The position numbers were made by a program, and so were the translations under genes. The notes beneath the pieces are model-generated. The model saw only the letters and a list, made by a program, of their open reading frames with translations. It was not told the origin of the DNA and did not search any database. 64,000 nt of DNA from a bacterium. GTDB lineage: Bacteria; Actinomycetota; Coriobacteriia; Coriobacteriales; Coriobacteriaceae. The stretch lies in contig CAVCHM010000005.1 of NCBI GenBank assembly GCA_963602135.1, forward strand, positions 1,953 through 65,952, given 5' to 3'. Positions 34,025 through 44,481 of the stretch are shown piece by piece (within the stretch, counting starts at the first letter, position 1; each line of letters opens with the position of its first letter).

Positions 34025-34194
34025 GGAAGCCGTGTCCCAGAATTCCGGCTCAGACCGGGACGCAGCTTCCCTCAGGGCCATGTTTCGGAAAGTGTGCCCC
34101 GTTTTGAACGCCGATTCTGGGACGCGCTTTCCGCAACGGGTCTCTCGCGGAAACTGCGCCCCGTTTCGGGTCTTTAAAGTGGGACGCGCCTTCC
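34025..34194. repeat. Array of three 46-bp imperfect palindromes at exact 62-bp period
   Basis: Units at 34025, 34087, 34149: GGAAnnnYGYCCC-variable core-GGGACGCnnYTTCC. Confidence 0.85.
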
Positions 34195-34211
34195 CCTAGG
34201 GAAGCATCTCG

Positions 34212-35774
34212 TTATTTGCCGTCGTCGTCCTGGGCTTCATCGCGCGCGTAGAGCTCCAGCATGCGGCGGCGGTATTCGTGCACGGCGAGCTTGGCGCGCT
34301 CCAGGCGGCGGCGCTCACGCGGAGTCAGCTCGGACGGGTCAAGCTCATCACCATAGGTCTTATCGGCAAGAAGATGCGCCGCGTCCACGATGCGGGCATC
34401 GATGTGGCCGTTCGCTGCCTCGGCGGAAAGACGCTCGGCAATCGTATCGAGCGTAGGCAAGCCCTCGAATACGCGACCATGTCCATGCGAGGTCAGCAGC
34501 TCGTGCTCGCGTGCGAGCAGGCTCGCCAAATCGTGATGGGCGCGCAGGATGTCAAGCGCATCGGATGGATGCTCGGCAACCTCTGCCACGGCAGCGACCG
34601 GTGCGGCGTCGACCACGCGGTAGAAGAGCTGCGCGAGCAATGGCATCAAGAACACCGTGATGGCACCGGCGGCAACCATGACCGACGCAATATCTTGCGA
34701 CAGCGCGCCCGCGTTGACGGCAACGCTCGTCACGGCAACGATGATCGGAAGCGCCGTGGTGCAGTACAGGGCCACGGTAATGCGACCATACGCCGACACA
34801 TCGCGCGTCGCAGGACAAATGCCCATAGAGATGAGGATGGGCACGGCACGAATAATCAGCAACGCCACGATAAAGCCCACGAGCAGACCCGGGCGCGACG
34901 CCACGGCCGTCAGATCGATCTTTGCGCCCGATACGGTAAAGAACACCGGAATCAAAAAACCGTAGGCCAGACCGTCGAGCTTGGTCTCGAGCGTATGGTT
35001 GCCCTCGGGGATGATATAGCGCAGGACAAAGCCGGCGGCAAAAGAACCCAACACGATGTCGAGATCAAAGACAGCCGAGAATGCCACGAGCGTGACCAGG
35101 ATGAGCACCGTCAGGCGCACGAAGGTCTGCGACGTGGTATCGGCGCGCTCCTCAACAAATGCAAAGAAGCGGCTGCCGACGCGCTTGGAGCGGCTCGGGA
35201 CCACGGCCAGCAACACGCAAACCACCGCAAACAAGCCAAGGATAACGAGCGTTTGGATGCCAGTGCGGGCAGACAACAGCACCGACATGGCGAGCACGGG
35301 ACCGAGCTCGCCCCAAGTGCCATACGCGAGAATCGAGTCGCCCACGCGCGTGCCGGTGAGCGAGCGCTCACGCATGATGGGCACAAGCGTACCGAGCGCC
35401 GTCGAAGTGAGGGCAAGCGTCACGGCGATACCGTCGAAATGACTGACTGAGAACCACGGGGTAAAGCGCACGGCAAGCCAGGCGATACCAAACGTGACGA
35501 CCCACGTCGCCAAGCCGTAGCGCCCCTCGACGCCCGTGATGCTCTTGGGGTCGATCTCAAAGCCGGCAAGCAGGAACAAAAAGGCCAGGCCCAGCTCGGA
35601 CACAAGCGAGACCTCAGCATCTACATGGATGACGCCGAGCATATGGGGTCCCAGTACCGCGCCGAGCACGAGCAAAAAGACCGTCTCGGGAACGGGTTTT
35701 CCGGGAATCGCCGAGGCGATAAAAGGACTCGCAAAGGCCACGAGTGCGATGATGGCGAGCGAAACGAATGCCAT
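34212..35774 (-). CDS. Cation:proton antiporter (CPA2/NhaP-like)
   Basis: ELGLAFLFLLAGFEID, STALG, LGSFAAG, FLIPVFF; about 12 TMs. Confidence 0.9.
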   Translation of the reverse strand: MAFVSLAIIALVAFASPFIASAIPGKPVPETVFLLVLGAVLGPHMLGVIHVDAEVSLVSELGLAFLFLLAGFEIDPKSITGVEGRYGLATWVVTFGIAWLAVRFTPWFSVSHFDGIAVTLALTSTALGTLVPIMRERSLTGTRVGDSILAYGTWGELGPVLAMSVLLSARTGIQTLVILGLFAVVCVLLAVVPSRSKRVGSRFFAFVEERADTTSQTFVRLTVLILVTLVAFSAVFDLDIVLGSFAAGFVLRYIIPEGNHTLETKLDGLAYGFLIPVFFTVSGAKIDLTAVASRPGLLVGFIVALLIIRAVPILISMGICPATRDVSAYGRITVALYCTTALPIIVAVTSVAVNAGALSQDIASVMVAAGAITVFLMPLLAQLFYRVVDAAPVAAVAEVAEHPSDALDILRAHHDLASLLAREHELLTSHGHGRVFEGLPTLDTIAERLSAEAANGHIDARIVDAAHLLADKTYGDELDPSELTPRERRRLERAKLAVHEYRRRMLELYARDEAQDDDGK

Positions 35775-35958
35775 GTGATGCCTTTCTCTTGTTTGCGCTT
35801 CACTGTAGCACCCTCGCCGTCCTCAACGCGCCGCGAGCTGTCGTATCATAGTGAGGTTTACAAACATGTGGCTCAAGGCGACCGCAGGGCAGACCCCGCA
35901 AACCGACCGCTGCCGCATACCGTACCGTACGCCCAACCGATCAGGAAGGCAGGAACCA

Positions 35959-38900
35959 ATGGTCTCTCGTATCTACGTGGAGAAGAAACCCGGGTTCGAC
36001 GTCGAGGCTCAGCAGCTCAAGGGCGAGCTGACCGAAATTCTCGGCATCAAGGGCATCGAGGCCCTGAGGATTATCAACCGCTACGACGTCGAGGGCATCG
36101 ACAAGGAGCTTTTCCGGTCCTGCGTGCCGACCGTCTTTAGCGAGCCCCAGGTCGATGTGACCTACGACGAGCTCCCCGCAAGCGATGGCGCCGTCTTTGC
36201 CGTCGAATTCCTGCCTGGCCAGTTTGACCAGCGCGCCGACTCCGCCAGCGAGTGCGTGCAGCTCATCAGCCAGGGCGAGCGCCCCGCCGTGCGCTCCGCC
36301 AAGGTCTATATGATCTCGGGCGCTCTGGACGAGGCCGCCATTGATGCCATCAAGCACTACGTGGTGAACCCCGTCGAGGCGCGCATCGCCTCGCTCGACC
36401 TGCCCGAGACGCTGTACATGGAGACCCCCGAGCCCCAGCCCGTCGAGGTGCTCGACGGTTTCCGCGAGCTCGACGAAGCCGGCCTTGCCGCCTTTATTTC
36501 CGAGCGCGGCCTTGCCATGGACGAGGCGGACATCGCCTTCTGCCAGCAGTACTTCCGCGATGAGGATCGCGACCCCACCATCACCGAGATCCGCGTGATC
36601 GACACCTACTGGTCCGATCACTGCCGCCACACCACCTTCGGCACCGTCCTGGACGACGTGACGATCGACGACGCCGTGGTGCAGCAGGCCTTCGACCGCT
36701 ACATGGAGATGCGCCACGAACTCGGTCGCGACACCAAGCCCGTCTGCCTTATGGACATGGGCACCATCGGCGCCAAGTACCTCAAGAAGACCGGCGTCAT
36801 GACCGATGTCGACGAGTCCGAGGAGATCAACGCCTGCACCGTCAAGGTGAAGGTCGATGTCGATGGCGAGGAGCAGGACTGGCTGTTCCTGTTTAAGAAC
36901 GAGACCCACAACCACCCGACCGAGATCGAGCCCTTCGGCGGTGCCGCCACCTGCGTGGGCGGCGCCATCCGCGACCCGCTCTCGGGCCGTAGCTACGTGT
37001 ACCAGGCCATGCGCGTCACCGGCGCCGGCGACCCCACCGTCCCCGTGTCCGAGACGCTCGAGGGCAAGCTGCCGCAGCGCAAGCTCGTGACCACCGCTGC
37101 CGCCGGCTACTCCAGCTACGGCAACCAGATTGGCCTTGCCACCGGCCAGGTCAACGAGCTCTATCACCCCGGCTACGTGGCCAAGCGCATGGAGGTCGGC
37201 GCCGTCGTGGGCGCTACCCCGGCAAACCACGTGCGCCGCGAGTGCCCCGCCCCCACCGACAAGATCATCCTGCTGGGCGGCCGCACCGGCCGTGACGGCA
37301 TCGGCGGTGCCACCGGTTCCTCCAAGACCCAGAACACCGAGTCCATCGAGACCTCGGGCGCCGAGGTCCAGAAGGGCAACGCCCCGGTCGAGCGTAAGCT
37401 GCAGCGTCTGTTCCGCCGCGGCGATGCCTGCCGCCTGATCAAGCGCTGCAACGACTTTGGCGCCGGCGGCGTCTCGGTCGCCGTGGGCGAGCTTGCCGAC
37501 GGCCTGTATGTCGACCTGGACACCGTGACCAAGAAGTACGACGGTCTGGACGGCACCGAGCTCGCCATCTCCGAGTCCCAGGAGCGTATGGCCTGCGCCG
37601 TCGCCGACGGTGACGTCGAGGAGTTCATGGGCTACGCCGCCGAGGAGAACCTCGAGGCGACCGTTATCGCCGAGGTTACCGCCGAGCCGCGCATGCGCAT
37701 GGCTTGGAACGGCGTCGCCATCGTCGACCTGTCCCGCGAGTTCCTCAACTCCAACGGCGCGCCCAAGCACCAGGTCGCCCACGTGTGCGCCCGCAGCGTG
37801 TGGCAGCCCAGCTGGGCCGGCACCACGCTTGCCGAGCGCATGACCTCGCTCGTCACCGACCTCAACGTCGCCTCCAACAAGGGCCTGTCCGAGCGCTTCG
37901 ACTCCACCATCGGCGCCGCGACCGTGCTCATGCCCTTTGGCGGCAAGACGCAGCTCACCCCGAGCTCAGCCATGGTTGCCAAGTTCCCCGTGGACGGCGA
38001 GACCACCACGGCAAGCGCCATGGCATGGGGCTTCAACCCCTACCTGATGGAAGCCGACCAGTTTGCGGGCGCCTACCTGTCCGTGGTCGAGTCCATCGCC
38101 AAGCTCGTGGCCGCCGGCTTTGAGCACAAGCGCGCCTATCTCTCCTTCCAGGAGTACTTCGAGCGTCTGCGCACCGAGGCCGAGCGCTGGGGCAAGCCCA
38201 TGGCAGCAGTACTCGGCGCCCTCATGGCCCAAGTCGACCTGGGTGCCGGTGCCATCGGCGGCAAGGATTCCATGAGCGGCTCGTTTGAGGACGAGGCCGG
38301 CGAGCTCAACGTTCCGCCGACCCTGATCAGCTTCGCCGTCGCCGTGGGCAAGGCTGCCCGCGCCGTCTCGCCCGAGTTCAAGGGCCTCACGCACCGCGTC
38401 GTCCGCATCGCCCCCGCCACCTACGGCGAGGACTACCGTCCCGACGCTCAGCAGCTGCTCGCAGCGTTCGACGCCGTCGAGGCGCTCACCGCCACCGGCG
38501 ACGCCCTGGCCGTCTCCACGCCCGGCTACGGCTGCGGCGCCGAGAGCCTCTTTAAGATGTGCGTCGGCAACCAGATCGGTATCGAGCTTGCCGAGGATGT
38601 GGACGTGGAGAGCCTCTTCACCCCGCTCTACGGCAGCTTTATCGTCGAGCTCGCCGAGGACGCCGAGCTGCCCGAGGTCGCCGACGGCGTTGTCGTCGAG
38701 CCCCTGGGCACCACCGTCGAGGGCTATGTCATCGACACCGGCTCCGAGGTCATCGAGCTCTCCGAGCTCCAGGAGGCCTGGGAGAGCGGCATCGAGGGCG
38801 TCTTTGCCTATCGCAGCGCCGGTGAGACCGCCGAGGTCGAGACCATCGACTTCCGCGCCAAGGATATCCATGTGTACGGCGGCGCCAAGATCGCCCGCCC

Positions 38901-39705
38901 GCGCGTGGTCATCCCCGTGTTCCCTGGCAACAACTGCGAGTACGACAGCGCCCGTGCCTTCCGCGCTGCCGGTGCCGAGGCCGACACCTTCGTGATCAAT
39001 AACCTCACGCCCGAGGCCGTCGCCGAGAGCACCCATGAGCTTGCCCGCCGCATCCGCCAAAGCCAGATCGTCATGATCCCCGGCGGTTTCTCGGGCGGCG
39101 ACGAGCCCGACGGCTCCGCCAAGTTCATCACGGCGTTCTTCCGCGCTCCCGAGGTCACCGAGGCCGTCCGCGACCTGCTCAAGGCCCGCGATGGCCTGAT
39201 GCTGGGCATCTGCAACGGCTTCCAGGCCCTGGTCAAGCTCGGTCTGGTGCCCTACGGTGACATCGTCGACGCCACGCCCGATGCGCCCACGCTGACGTTC
39301 AACACCATCGGCCGCCACCAGAGCCGTCTGGTGCGCACCCGCATCTCGTCCAACCTGTCCCCGTGGCTGTCGCAGTGCAGCCTCGACGACCCCTACACCG
39401 TCGCCATCAGCCACGGCGAGGGCCGCTTTGTCGCCAACGACGAGGTGCTCGCCCAGCTCATCGCCAACGGCCAGGTCGCCACGCAGTACGTGGGCGAGGA
39501 CGGCAAGCCGAGCATGGATCTTTCCGTCAACCCCAACGGCTCCGCACTCGCCATCGAAGGCATCACGAGCCCCGACGGCCGTGTCCTGGGCAAGATGGGC
39601 CACGCCGAGCGTCGCGGCGACAACCTGTACCGCAACGTGCCCGAGCATGTCCCCGGCGATAAGTTCATGCCCATCTTTGAGAGCGGCGTAGCCTACTTCG
39701 CCTAA
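35959..39705 (+). CDS. purL: Phosphoribosylformylglycinamidine synthase (large fused form)
   Basis: WSDHCRH, KNETHNHPTEIEPFGGAAT, DFGAGG, glutaminase GICNGFQ and MGHAER. Confidence 0.97.
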   Translation: MVSRIYVEKKPGFDVEAQQLKGELTEILGIKGIEALRIINRYDVEGIDKELFRSCVPTVFSEPQVDVTYDELPASDGAVFAVEFLPGQFDQRADSASECVQLISQGERPAVRSAKVYMISGALDEAAIDAIKHYVVNPVEARIASLDLPETLYMETPEPQPVEVLDGFRELDEAGLAAFISERGLAMDEADIAFCQQYFRDEDRDPTITEIRVIDTYWSDHCRHTTFGTVLDDVTIDDAVVQQAFDRYMEMRHELGRDTKPVCLMDMGTIGAKYLKKTGVMTDVDESEEINACTVKVKVDVDGEEQDWLFLFKNETHNHPTEIEPFGGAATCVGGAIRDPLSGRSYVYQAMRVTGAGDPTVPVSETLEGKLPQRKLVTTAAAGYSSYGNQIGLATGQVNELYHPGYVAKRMEVGAVVGATPANHVRRECPAPTDKIILLGGRTGRDGIGGATGSSKTQNTESIETSGAEVQKGNAPVERKLQRLFRRGDACRLIKRCNDFGAGGVSVAVGELADGLYVDLDTVTKKYDGLDGTELAISESQERMACAVADGDVEEFMGYAAEENLEATVIAEVTAEPRMRMAWNGVAIVDLSREFLNSNGAPKHQVAHVCARSVWQPSWAGTTLAERMTSLVTDLNVASNKGLSERFDSTIGAATVLMPFGGKTQLTPSSAMVAKFPVDGETTTASAMAWGFNPYLMEADQFAGAYLSVVESIAKLVAAGFEHKRAYLSFQEYFERLRTEAERWGKPMAAVLGALMAQVDLGAGAIGGKDSMSGSFEDEAGELNVPPTLISFAVAVGKAARAVSPEFKGLTHRVVRIAPATYGEDYRPDAQQLLAAFDAVEALTATGDALAVSTPGYGCGAESLFKMCVGNQIGIELAEDVDVESLFTPLYGSFIVELAEDAELPEVADGVVVEPLGTTVEGYVIDTGSEVIELSELQEAWESGIEGVFAYRSAGETAEVETIDFRAKDIHVYGGAKIARPRVVIPVFPGNNCEYDSARAFRAAGAEADTFVINNLTPEAVAESTHELARRIRQSQIVMIPGGFSGGDEPDGSAKFITAFFRAPEVTEAVRDLLKARDGLMLGICNGFQALVKLGLVPYGDIVDATPDAPTLTFNTIGRHQSRLVRTRISSNLSPWLSQCSLDDPYTVAISHGEGRFVANDEVLAQLIANGQVATQYVGEDGKPSMDLSVNPNGSALAIEGITSPDGRVLGKMGHAERRGDNLYRNVPEHVPGDKFMPIFESGVAYFA

Positions 39706-39742
39706 AACGTTCCCATCGGGTACAATCCCATCGGGTTACAAC

Positions 39743-39779
39743 ACCCGCCACCGACACTCCCGGTGGCGGGTTCTTTTTT
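39743..39779 (+). terminator. Terminator after purL
   Basis: ACCCGCCACCG/CGGTGGCGGGT plus TCTTTTTT. Confidence 0.85.
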
Positions 39780-39804
39780 GCTTCGCGCATGTAGGAAGGA
39801 CATC

Positions 39805-40740
39805 ATGGAAAGCCGCAAGCCGTATCTCGCCACCCTGCCCGGACTCATCCTGGGCTGCCTCGTTTGCTGTGCGCTCTGGGGGTCGGCTTTTCCCTGCATT
39901 AAGCTCGGCTACGCGCTCTTTGGCATCCCCGCGCACGATGGTGCCTCGCAGCTGCTCTTCGCGGGTCTGCGCTTCGCCCTTGCCGGCACACTGGTCATTG
40001 TTGGCATGAGCGTCGCCCAGCGCCGCCCGCTCGTTCCGCAGGCACGCGACATCAAACCTATCCTCACCCTGTCGCTCTTCCAGACCATCGGCCAGTATTT
40101 CTTTTTCTACCTTGGTCTCTCCCGAGCGAGCGCCATGTCGAGCTCCATCATCGAGGCCAGCGCCAACTTCCTAGCCATCCTCTTTGCCGCCCTGGCGTTT
40201 CGCACCGAAAAGCTCGATGCGGCCAAAGTGCTTGGCTGCGTGCTGGGCTTTGCCGGTGTCGCGCTCGTCAACCTTTCGGGCGCGGACGGCACCTTTGGCT
40301 TTACGCTCGACGGCGAGGGTTTTATCCTGGCATCCACCGTCGCGGGCGCCCTTTCGACCTGCCTGATCGGCATCTTCTCGCGCGAGCACGACGGCGTCTT
40401 GCTTGCCGGCTGGCAGTTCTTGGTCGGCGGCCTTGTCCTCACTGCTATCGGCTTTTTGATGGGCGGCGTGCTCTCCCCCACCGCGATTGCCCCCGCCATC
40501 GCGCTCATCGTCTACATGGCGCTTATCTCCGCGGTCGCCTACTCGCTGTGGTCGCGTCTGCTTGCCGTCAATCCCGTCAGCCGCGTCTCGGTCTTTGGGT
40601 TTATGAATCCGGTCTTTGGCGTACTGCTGAGCGCGCTGCTGCTCGGCGAGGGCGCCGGTACGAGCCCCGTTACCGTTATCGTTGCCCTGCTGTTGGTCTG
40701 CGGCGGCATCATCATCGTCAACAAACCAAAAAAGGCCTAG
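39805..40740 (+). CDS. DMT/EamA family transporter
   Basis: LWGSAFP, FAGLRF, FMNPVFGV; 10 TMs. Confidence 0.92.
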   Translation: MESRKPYLATLPGLILGCLVCCALWGSAFPCIKLGYALFGIPAHDGASQLLFAGLRFALAGTLVIVGMSVAQRRPLVPQARDIKPILTLSLFQTIGQYFFFYLGLSRASAMSSSIIEASANFLAILFAALAFRTEKLDAAKVLGCVLGFAGVALVNLSGADGTFGFTLDGEGFILASTVAGALSTCLIGIFSREHDGVLLAGWQFLVGGLVLTAIGFLMGGVLSPTAIAPAIALIVYMALISAVAYSLWSRLLAVNPVSRVSVFGFMNPVFGVLLSALLLGEGAGTSPVTVIVALLLVCGGIIIVNKPKKA

Positions 40741-40807
40741 CAAACTGCCGCGTTCCGAGAAAAAGACGAGGCGCATCTTCGACAGCCGCTACTAATCCCA
40801 CCAACGC

Positions 40808-40850
40808 AAAAAGGGCGCACGACCAGCACAACGGTCGCGCGCCCCCTTTT
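40808..40850. terminator. Bidirectional terminator
   Basis: AAAAAGGGCGC..GACC / GGTCGCGCGCCCCCTTTT between convergent genes. Confidence 0.7.
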
Positions 40851-41993
40851 CTAGCGTATCTGGACGCCGGCTTTCTTTTTCTCGGCCTTAACACGGTAGA
40901 GTTCCGCATCGGCAGCGCGAAGTAAGTCTTGCCACGTATCGACACCATCACCGACCCGCGCGTAACCGATGGACATCCGCAATGCATACGGCACCTCGGC
41001 GCGCGCGAGTTCGTCGTTGATCGCCACGCACAGGCTTATAATCTCCTGCTCCGTCGCTGCCTTTTGGAGCACCACGAACTCATCGCCGCCATAGCGCGCG
41101 ATAAAGCCGCCGGACACCGAGCAGACGTCCTTGAGCGCCTTCGAAACAACTTGAAGGGCATGGTCGCCCTCGACATGTCCATAGTGGTCGTTAATCTGCT
41201 TAAAGCCGTCAGCATCCATCATCAGCAGATACACATCATCGGCCTGGTCAGCACCCGAGAACAGCGACAGCATATAGGTCTCAAAACGGTTGCGGTTGTT
41301 GAGTCCAGTCAACGGGTCAGTCGAGATCAGTTGCTCCTGGTAGACGATATAGAGCAGCAAAATACTGATCATTATGCCGACGCAAAGGCCGGGCACCGAA
41401 AATACGACCTGAAAGGTACCGCCCACCAGAGCGGGGACCGCGAAAAAGGCGAGGGTGCGATAAATGGTCTTCTTTTGCAGGCTTTCGACTTTTCGAGCCT
41501 GAACAAAGGCATGCAAGGACGTATATATGACGTAACAGTAGCTAACGATAGGCTGAATCATATAAGCTGCACCGCGACGATATACGCCCTGTGCATCGAT
41601 ATAGAACAGGGCATGTGTCCAGTAGCAGGTAAATGCCAGGGCGACCACTACCGCCGTAGGCAATGCCACGAGTGCCATCCTGTAGCGCGTGGCCAGGAAT
41701 CGCGAGCCTTGCATCGTCTCGGAATAGAAGAACCAAATGAGGCACGCGACGGCGAACAGCGAAAACGAGACCGCGTTGGAAATCCAGTTGGCTGTAATGC
41801 CCACAGGAGTGCTCACGCCGTCCGAGAGCGTCCAAATCATATCGAAGAAAATGTAGGCGGCAGAGGTGTAGCCGAGCATGCTAAACAATAGCTGCTGGGT
41901 GCTCGAGAACAAGGAGCGGCGGCTTCGTGCGGCAAGTCCGATAAGAATAATCATGCACAGCACAAAAATCTCGATCTTGAGTGCCTTAACCAC
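40851..41993 (-). CDS. Membrane-bound diguanylate cyclase (GGDEF)
   Basis: DPLTGLNNR, DADGFKQINDHYGH..GD, RYGGDEF; multi-TM N-terminus. Confidence 0.95.
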   Translation of the reverse strand: MVKALKIEIFVLCMIILIGLAARSRRSLFSSTQQLLFSMLGYTSAAYIFFDMIWTLSDGVSTPVGITANWISNAVSFSLFAVACLIWFFYSETMQGSRFLATRYRMALVALPTAVVVALAFTCYWTHALFYIDAQGVYRRGAAYMIQPIVSYCYVIYTSLHAFVQARKVESLQKKTIYRTLAFFAVPALVGGTFQVVFSVPGLCVGIMISILLLYIVYQEQLISTDPLTGLNNRNRFETYMLSLFSGADQADDVYLLMMDADGFKQINDHYGHVEGDHALQVVSKALKDVCSVSGGFIARYGGDEFVVLQKAATEQEIISLCVAINDELARAEVPYALRMSIGYARVGDGVDTWQDLLRAADAELYRVKAEKKKAGVQIR

Positions 41994-42182
41994 TAGGTTC
42001 CATCCCCTCTATATCCAAGTGGCCAGAATCGCCCGGATCTTGCCGGACACCAAACACCCCTTACTCCGCAGGGGTATGGGGAATCATAGCAGAGCGCCCG
42101 AATGACACTGAATAACAGATGCTGTACGGGCGCTCGGATGGCGTGAATTGCACACGCCGATTTCATTGATTCGAACAGTCGA

Positions 42183-43205
42183 CTACTCGCCATCGATATC
42201 GGTCGCGACAGCCTCCTCGATAGCCTCGACACCGGCAACCGACAGGTCTTCCTTGCCCTGGCAGAACTTCTTGTCGACCCAGCCGGTCAGGATCGGGGCC
42301 ATGATCGCCGTGATGATAACGGCGGTGGCGATCTGGGCGTACGCGGTGGGCGCAAGCTCGGCATAGCGCGGAGCGACCTCGGCGAGGGCCACCGGCGTGG
42401 TCATGGCCGTACCGGCAATGGTGGAGCAGGCAACAGCAGCCTTACCGTTGCCGCCGCACAGGCGCTCAAAGGCAAAGGTGATGGGACCGACGATAAAGAG
42501 TGTGATGAGGCCCAGCAGGATGCCCGAGATGCCGCCGGTGATAAAGCTCGACAGGCTCATGGACGCACCGAGCTGAAAACCGATAACGGCAATTGCGGGA
42601 TTGGCGCCAGGAACCAGCAGGTTCTTGATGAACGGGAACAGGTTGCCCAGGACCATGCCGATAACGAGCGGCAGGATAGAACCGACGATAGTGCCCAGTG
42701 GGATGTTAGCGAGACCCGAGACACCGAGGATAATCATCGTGACGGCAGGGCCGGCGGTAAAGAACAGAATGCCGACAGCACCCTGCTCGGACTCGTCGCC
42801 AAACTCGCCCATGATGCCCGTATAGAGCGCCATGTTGCAGAACGTGATGCCACCGATGATGGACACGGAGCTCAGACCCAGGAAGTTGTCGTTAAAGAAA
42901 TAGGCCACGCCCAAGCCGAGAGCCGCCGCGACGACAAGCTTGGGGATCAGCACGACGATGCCGGTCTTGATGGCGCCCGGCGTGGACTTAAAGCTGATGC
43001 CGGCACCCACGAAGAGCAGGATCGCCGCAACGATGGTATTGGAGCCACCGCGGCAGGCAGCCGTAAAGAAGCCGCCGATCTCAAAGACCTGCGGGCAGAA
43101 GGTGTTGAGCAAGAGGCCGACGATCATGGGGTAGATCATGATGTCGCCCGGGATACGCGGGACCTTGAATTTCTTTTGCTCGTTGGCGGTTGCTTCCTGT
43201 GCCAT
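42183..43205 (-). CDS. kdgT: 2-keto-3-deoxygluconate permease family transporter
   Basis: IPGDIMIYP..GLLLNTF.P, GP..TM..LG.SGLANIP, STIAG.A..TP. Confidence 0.8.
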   Translation of the reverse strand: MAQEATANEQKKFKVPRIPGDIMIYPMIVGLLLNTFCPQVFEIGGFFTAACRGGSNTIVAAILLFVGAGISFKSTPGAIKTGIVVLIPKLVVAAALGLGVAYFFNDNFLGLSSVSIIGGITFCNMALYTGIMGEFGDESEQGAVGILFFTAGPAVTMIILGVSGLANIPLGTIVGSILPLVIGMVLGNLFPFIKNLLVPGANPAIAVIGFQLGASMSLSSFITGGISGILLGLITLFIVGPITFAFERLCGGNGKAAVACSTIAGTAMTTPVALAEVAPRYAELAPTAYAQIATAVIITAIMAPILTGWVDKKFCQGKEDLSVAGVEAIEEAVATDIDGE

Positions 43206-43348
43206 GAAACCCCCATTTCCGCTGACGGGGAACAAAAGCCCACGTCATGCTTTGCTACAGTAAAGTCTGACCATGGTACCAGAAGAAGCAGACCAGCTCG
43301 ATGAGAAATTCGATTCGGGGCAGTGACGGCAAAAGGAGGCGCTGGCCC

Positions 43349-43672
43349 CTATATGAGGCTCAAAACGATATACAGCACAACGCCCGAGACGCAGCACCAC
43401 AACATCGACTTTGTCTTGATTGCCACCACGACGACGCCGGCAGCCGCAATCCAGGGAACCAGGGCGGGCCACAGCCCCGCATCGAACGCGCCGGGACTTA
43501 CCAAATCGTTGGCGACCAGCGCGGCAAAGGCAGCGGGTGGAATGTAGCCCAGGGCCTCGGTGACGCGAGGCGGCAGGGTCCGTCCGCGCAAGGCGAACGC
43601 CGGCGCGATGCGAAAGAATGCGATGGCCGCCCACGACGACAGCCACAGAACCAAGAACTCGTTAACGGGCAT
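43349..43672 (-). CDS. azlD: AzlD family branched-chain amino acid export protein
   Basis: FRIAP...LPPRV.EALGYIPPAAFAALV; overlaps azlC. Confidence 0.85.
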   Translation of the reverse strand: MPVNEFLVLWLSSWAAIAFFRIAPAFALRGRTLPPRVTEALGYIPPAAFAALVANDLVSPGAFDAGLWPALVPWIAAAGVVVVAIKTKSMLWCCVSGVVLYIVLSLI

Positions 43673-44354
43673 CGCGGGCACCCCTTCCGTCGAATACGGC
43701 ATCGCACACAAGCGCGATGGCAACGCCGACCACGACGCTTGCCGGCACGGCGATATTCGTGAGGCCCAAGAACTTGAACATGGCGACGGACACCGCGCCC
43801 GAAACCGCCGCGACGACATTGCCACGCGATAGGCGCTGCGAAAAGAGCAGGCAGATAAAGAGCGATGTGCAGACAAAGCCCGCGATAGCGGTAGGAACAT
43901 CGACGGCGGCACCGGCGACAGCACCCGCCGTGCACGCGACGCCCCACGTTGCGATCAAGATCGCGTTGAGCGCAAAGGCCTCTTTAGGACCCCAACCATC
44001 GCCCTCGACCAATTTGGCCAACGAGATGCCGTAGGCCTCCTCGGTAAGCGTTGCCGTGACTGCCAGCGTCTGGCGTTTCGAAGCCTCGGCAAGATGGGGC
44101 GCAAGCGATGCCGAGTAGAGTGCGAAGCGAGAGGAGATGGCGGCGACGGAGGCGACGATCGATGCCGCCGGCACGCCTGCCAGCCACAGGTTGCAAATCA
44201 TAAACTGACCGCTACCCGTTACAAACGTGGAACTCAGGGCAAAGACCATCCAGGGCTCCATCCCCGTCTGAGCCATAATCATTCCGCACGGCGCACCCAC
44301 CGCTACATAGGTGAGCATCACCGGCCAAACGGTTTTAACAATTCTGAGCACCAT
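43662..44354 (-). CDS. azlC: AzlC family permease
   Basis: PVMLTY, GSGQF, SRFALYSASL, LTEEAYG. Confidence 0.88.
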   Translation of the reverse strand: MVLRIVKTVWPVMLTYVAVGAPCGMIMAQTGMEPWMVFALSSTFVTGSGQFMICNLWLAGVPAASIVASVAAISSRFALYSASLAPHLAEASKRQTLAVTATLTEEAYGISLAKLVEGDGWGPKEAFALNAILIATWGVACTAGAVAGAAVDVPTAIAGFVCTSLFICLLFSQRLSRGNVVAAVSGAVSVAMFKFLGLTNIAVPASVVVGVAIALVCDAVFDGRGARDAR

Positions 44355-44481
44355 ATCGTTCCTCGCTCTGTTAAGTCATCCGCATCGTGCACAACCGCAC
44401 ATTGTAATCGTCGTCCGCCGGCAACCGAGTTCGCCTACAATTGCCACCGGATCGAAAGACACAGCTTTTTAGGAAGTCATT

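Noticed and set aside
34025..34194. CRISPR array interpretation of the periodic repeats
   Set aside because: Only three degenerate units, 16-nt linkers, no cas genes or leader in the window
35850..35958. ZTP or purine riboswitch upstream of purL
   Set aside because: CCGACCGC is present, but the ZTP core (GACTGGCG...GCCTGGGC) and purine aptamer cores are not
27621..39648. Long antisense ORFs (739, 406, 613, 560 aa) opposite liv, hom and purL
   Set aside because: Shadow frames caused by high GC3 codon bias; the sense genes carry clear motifs
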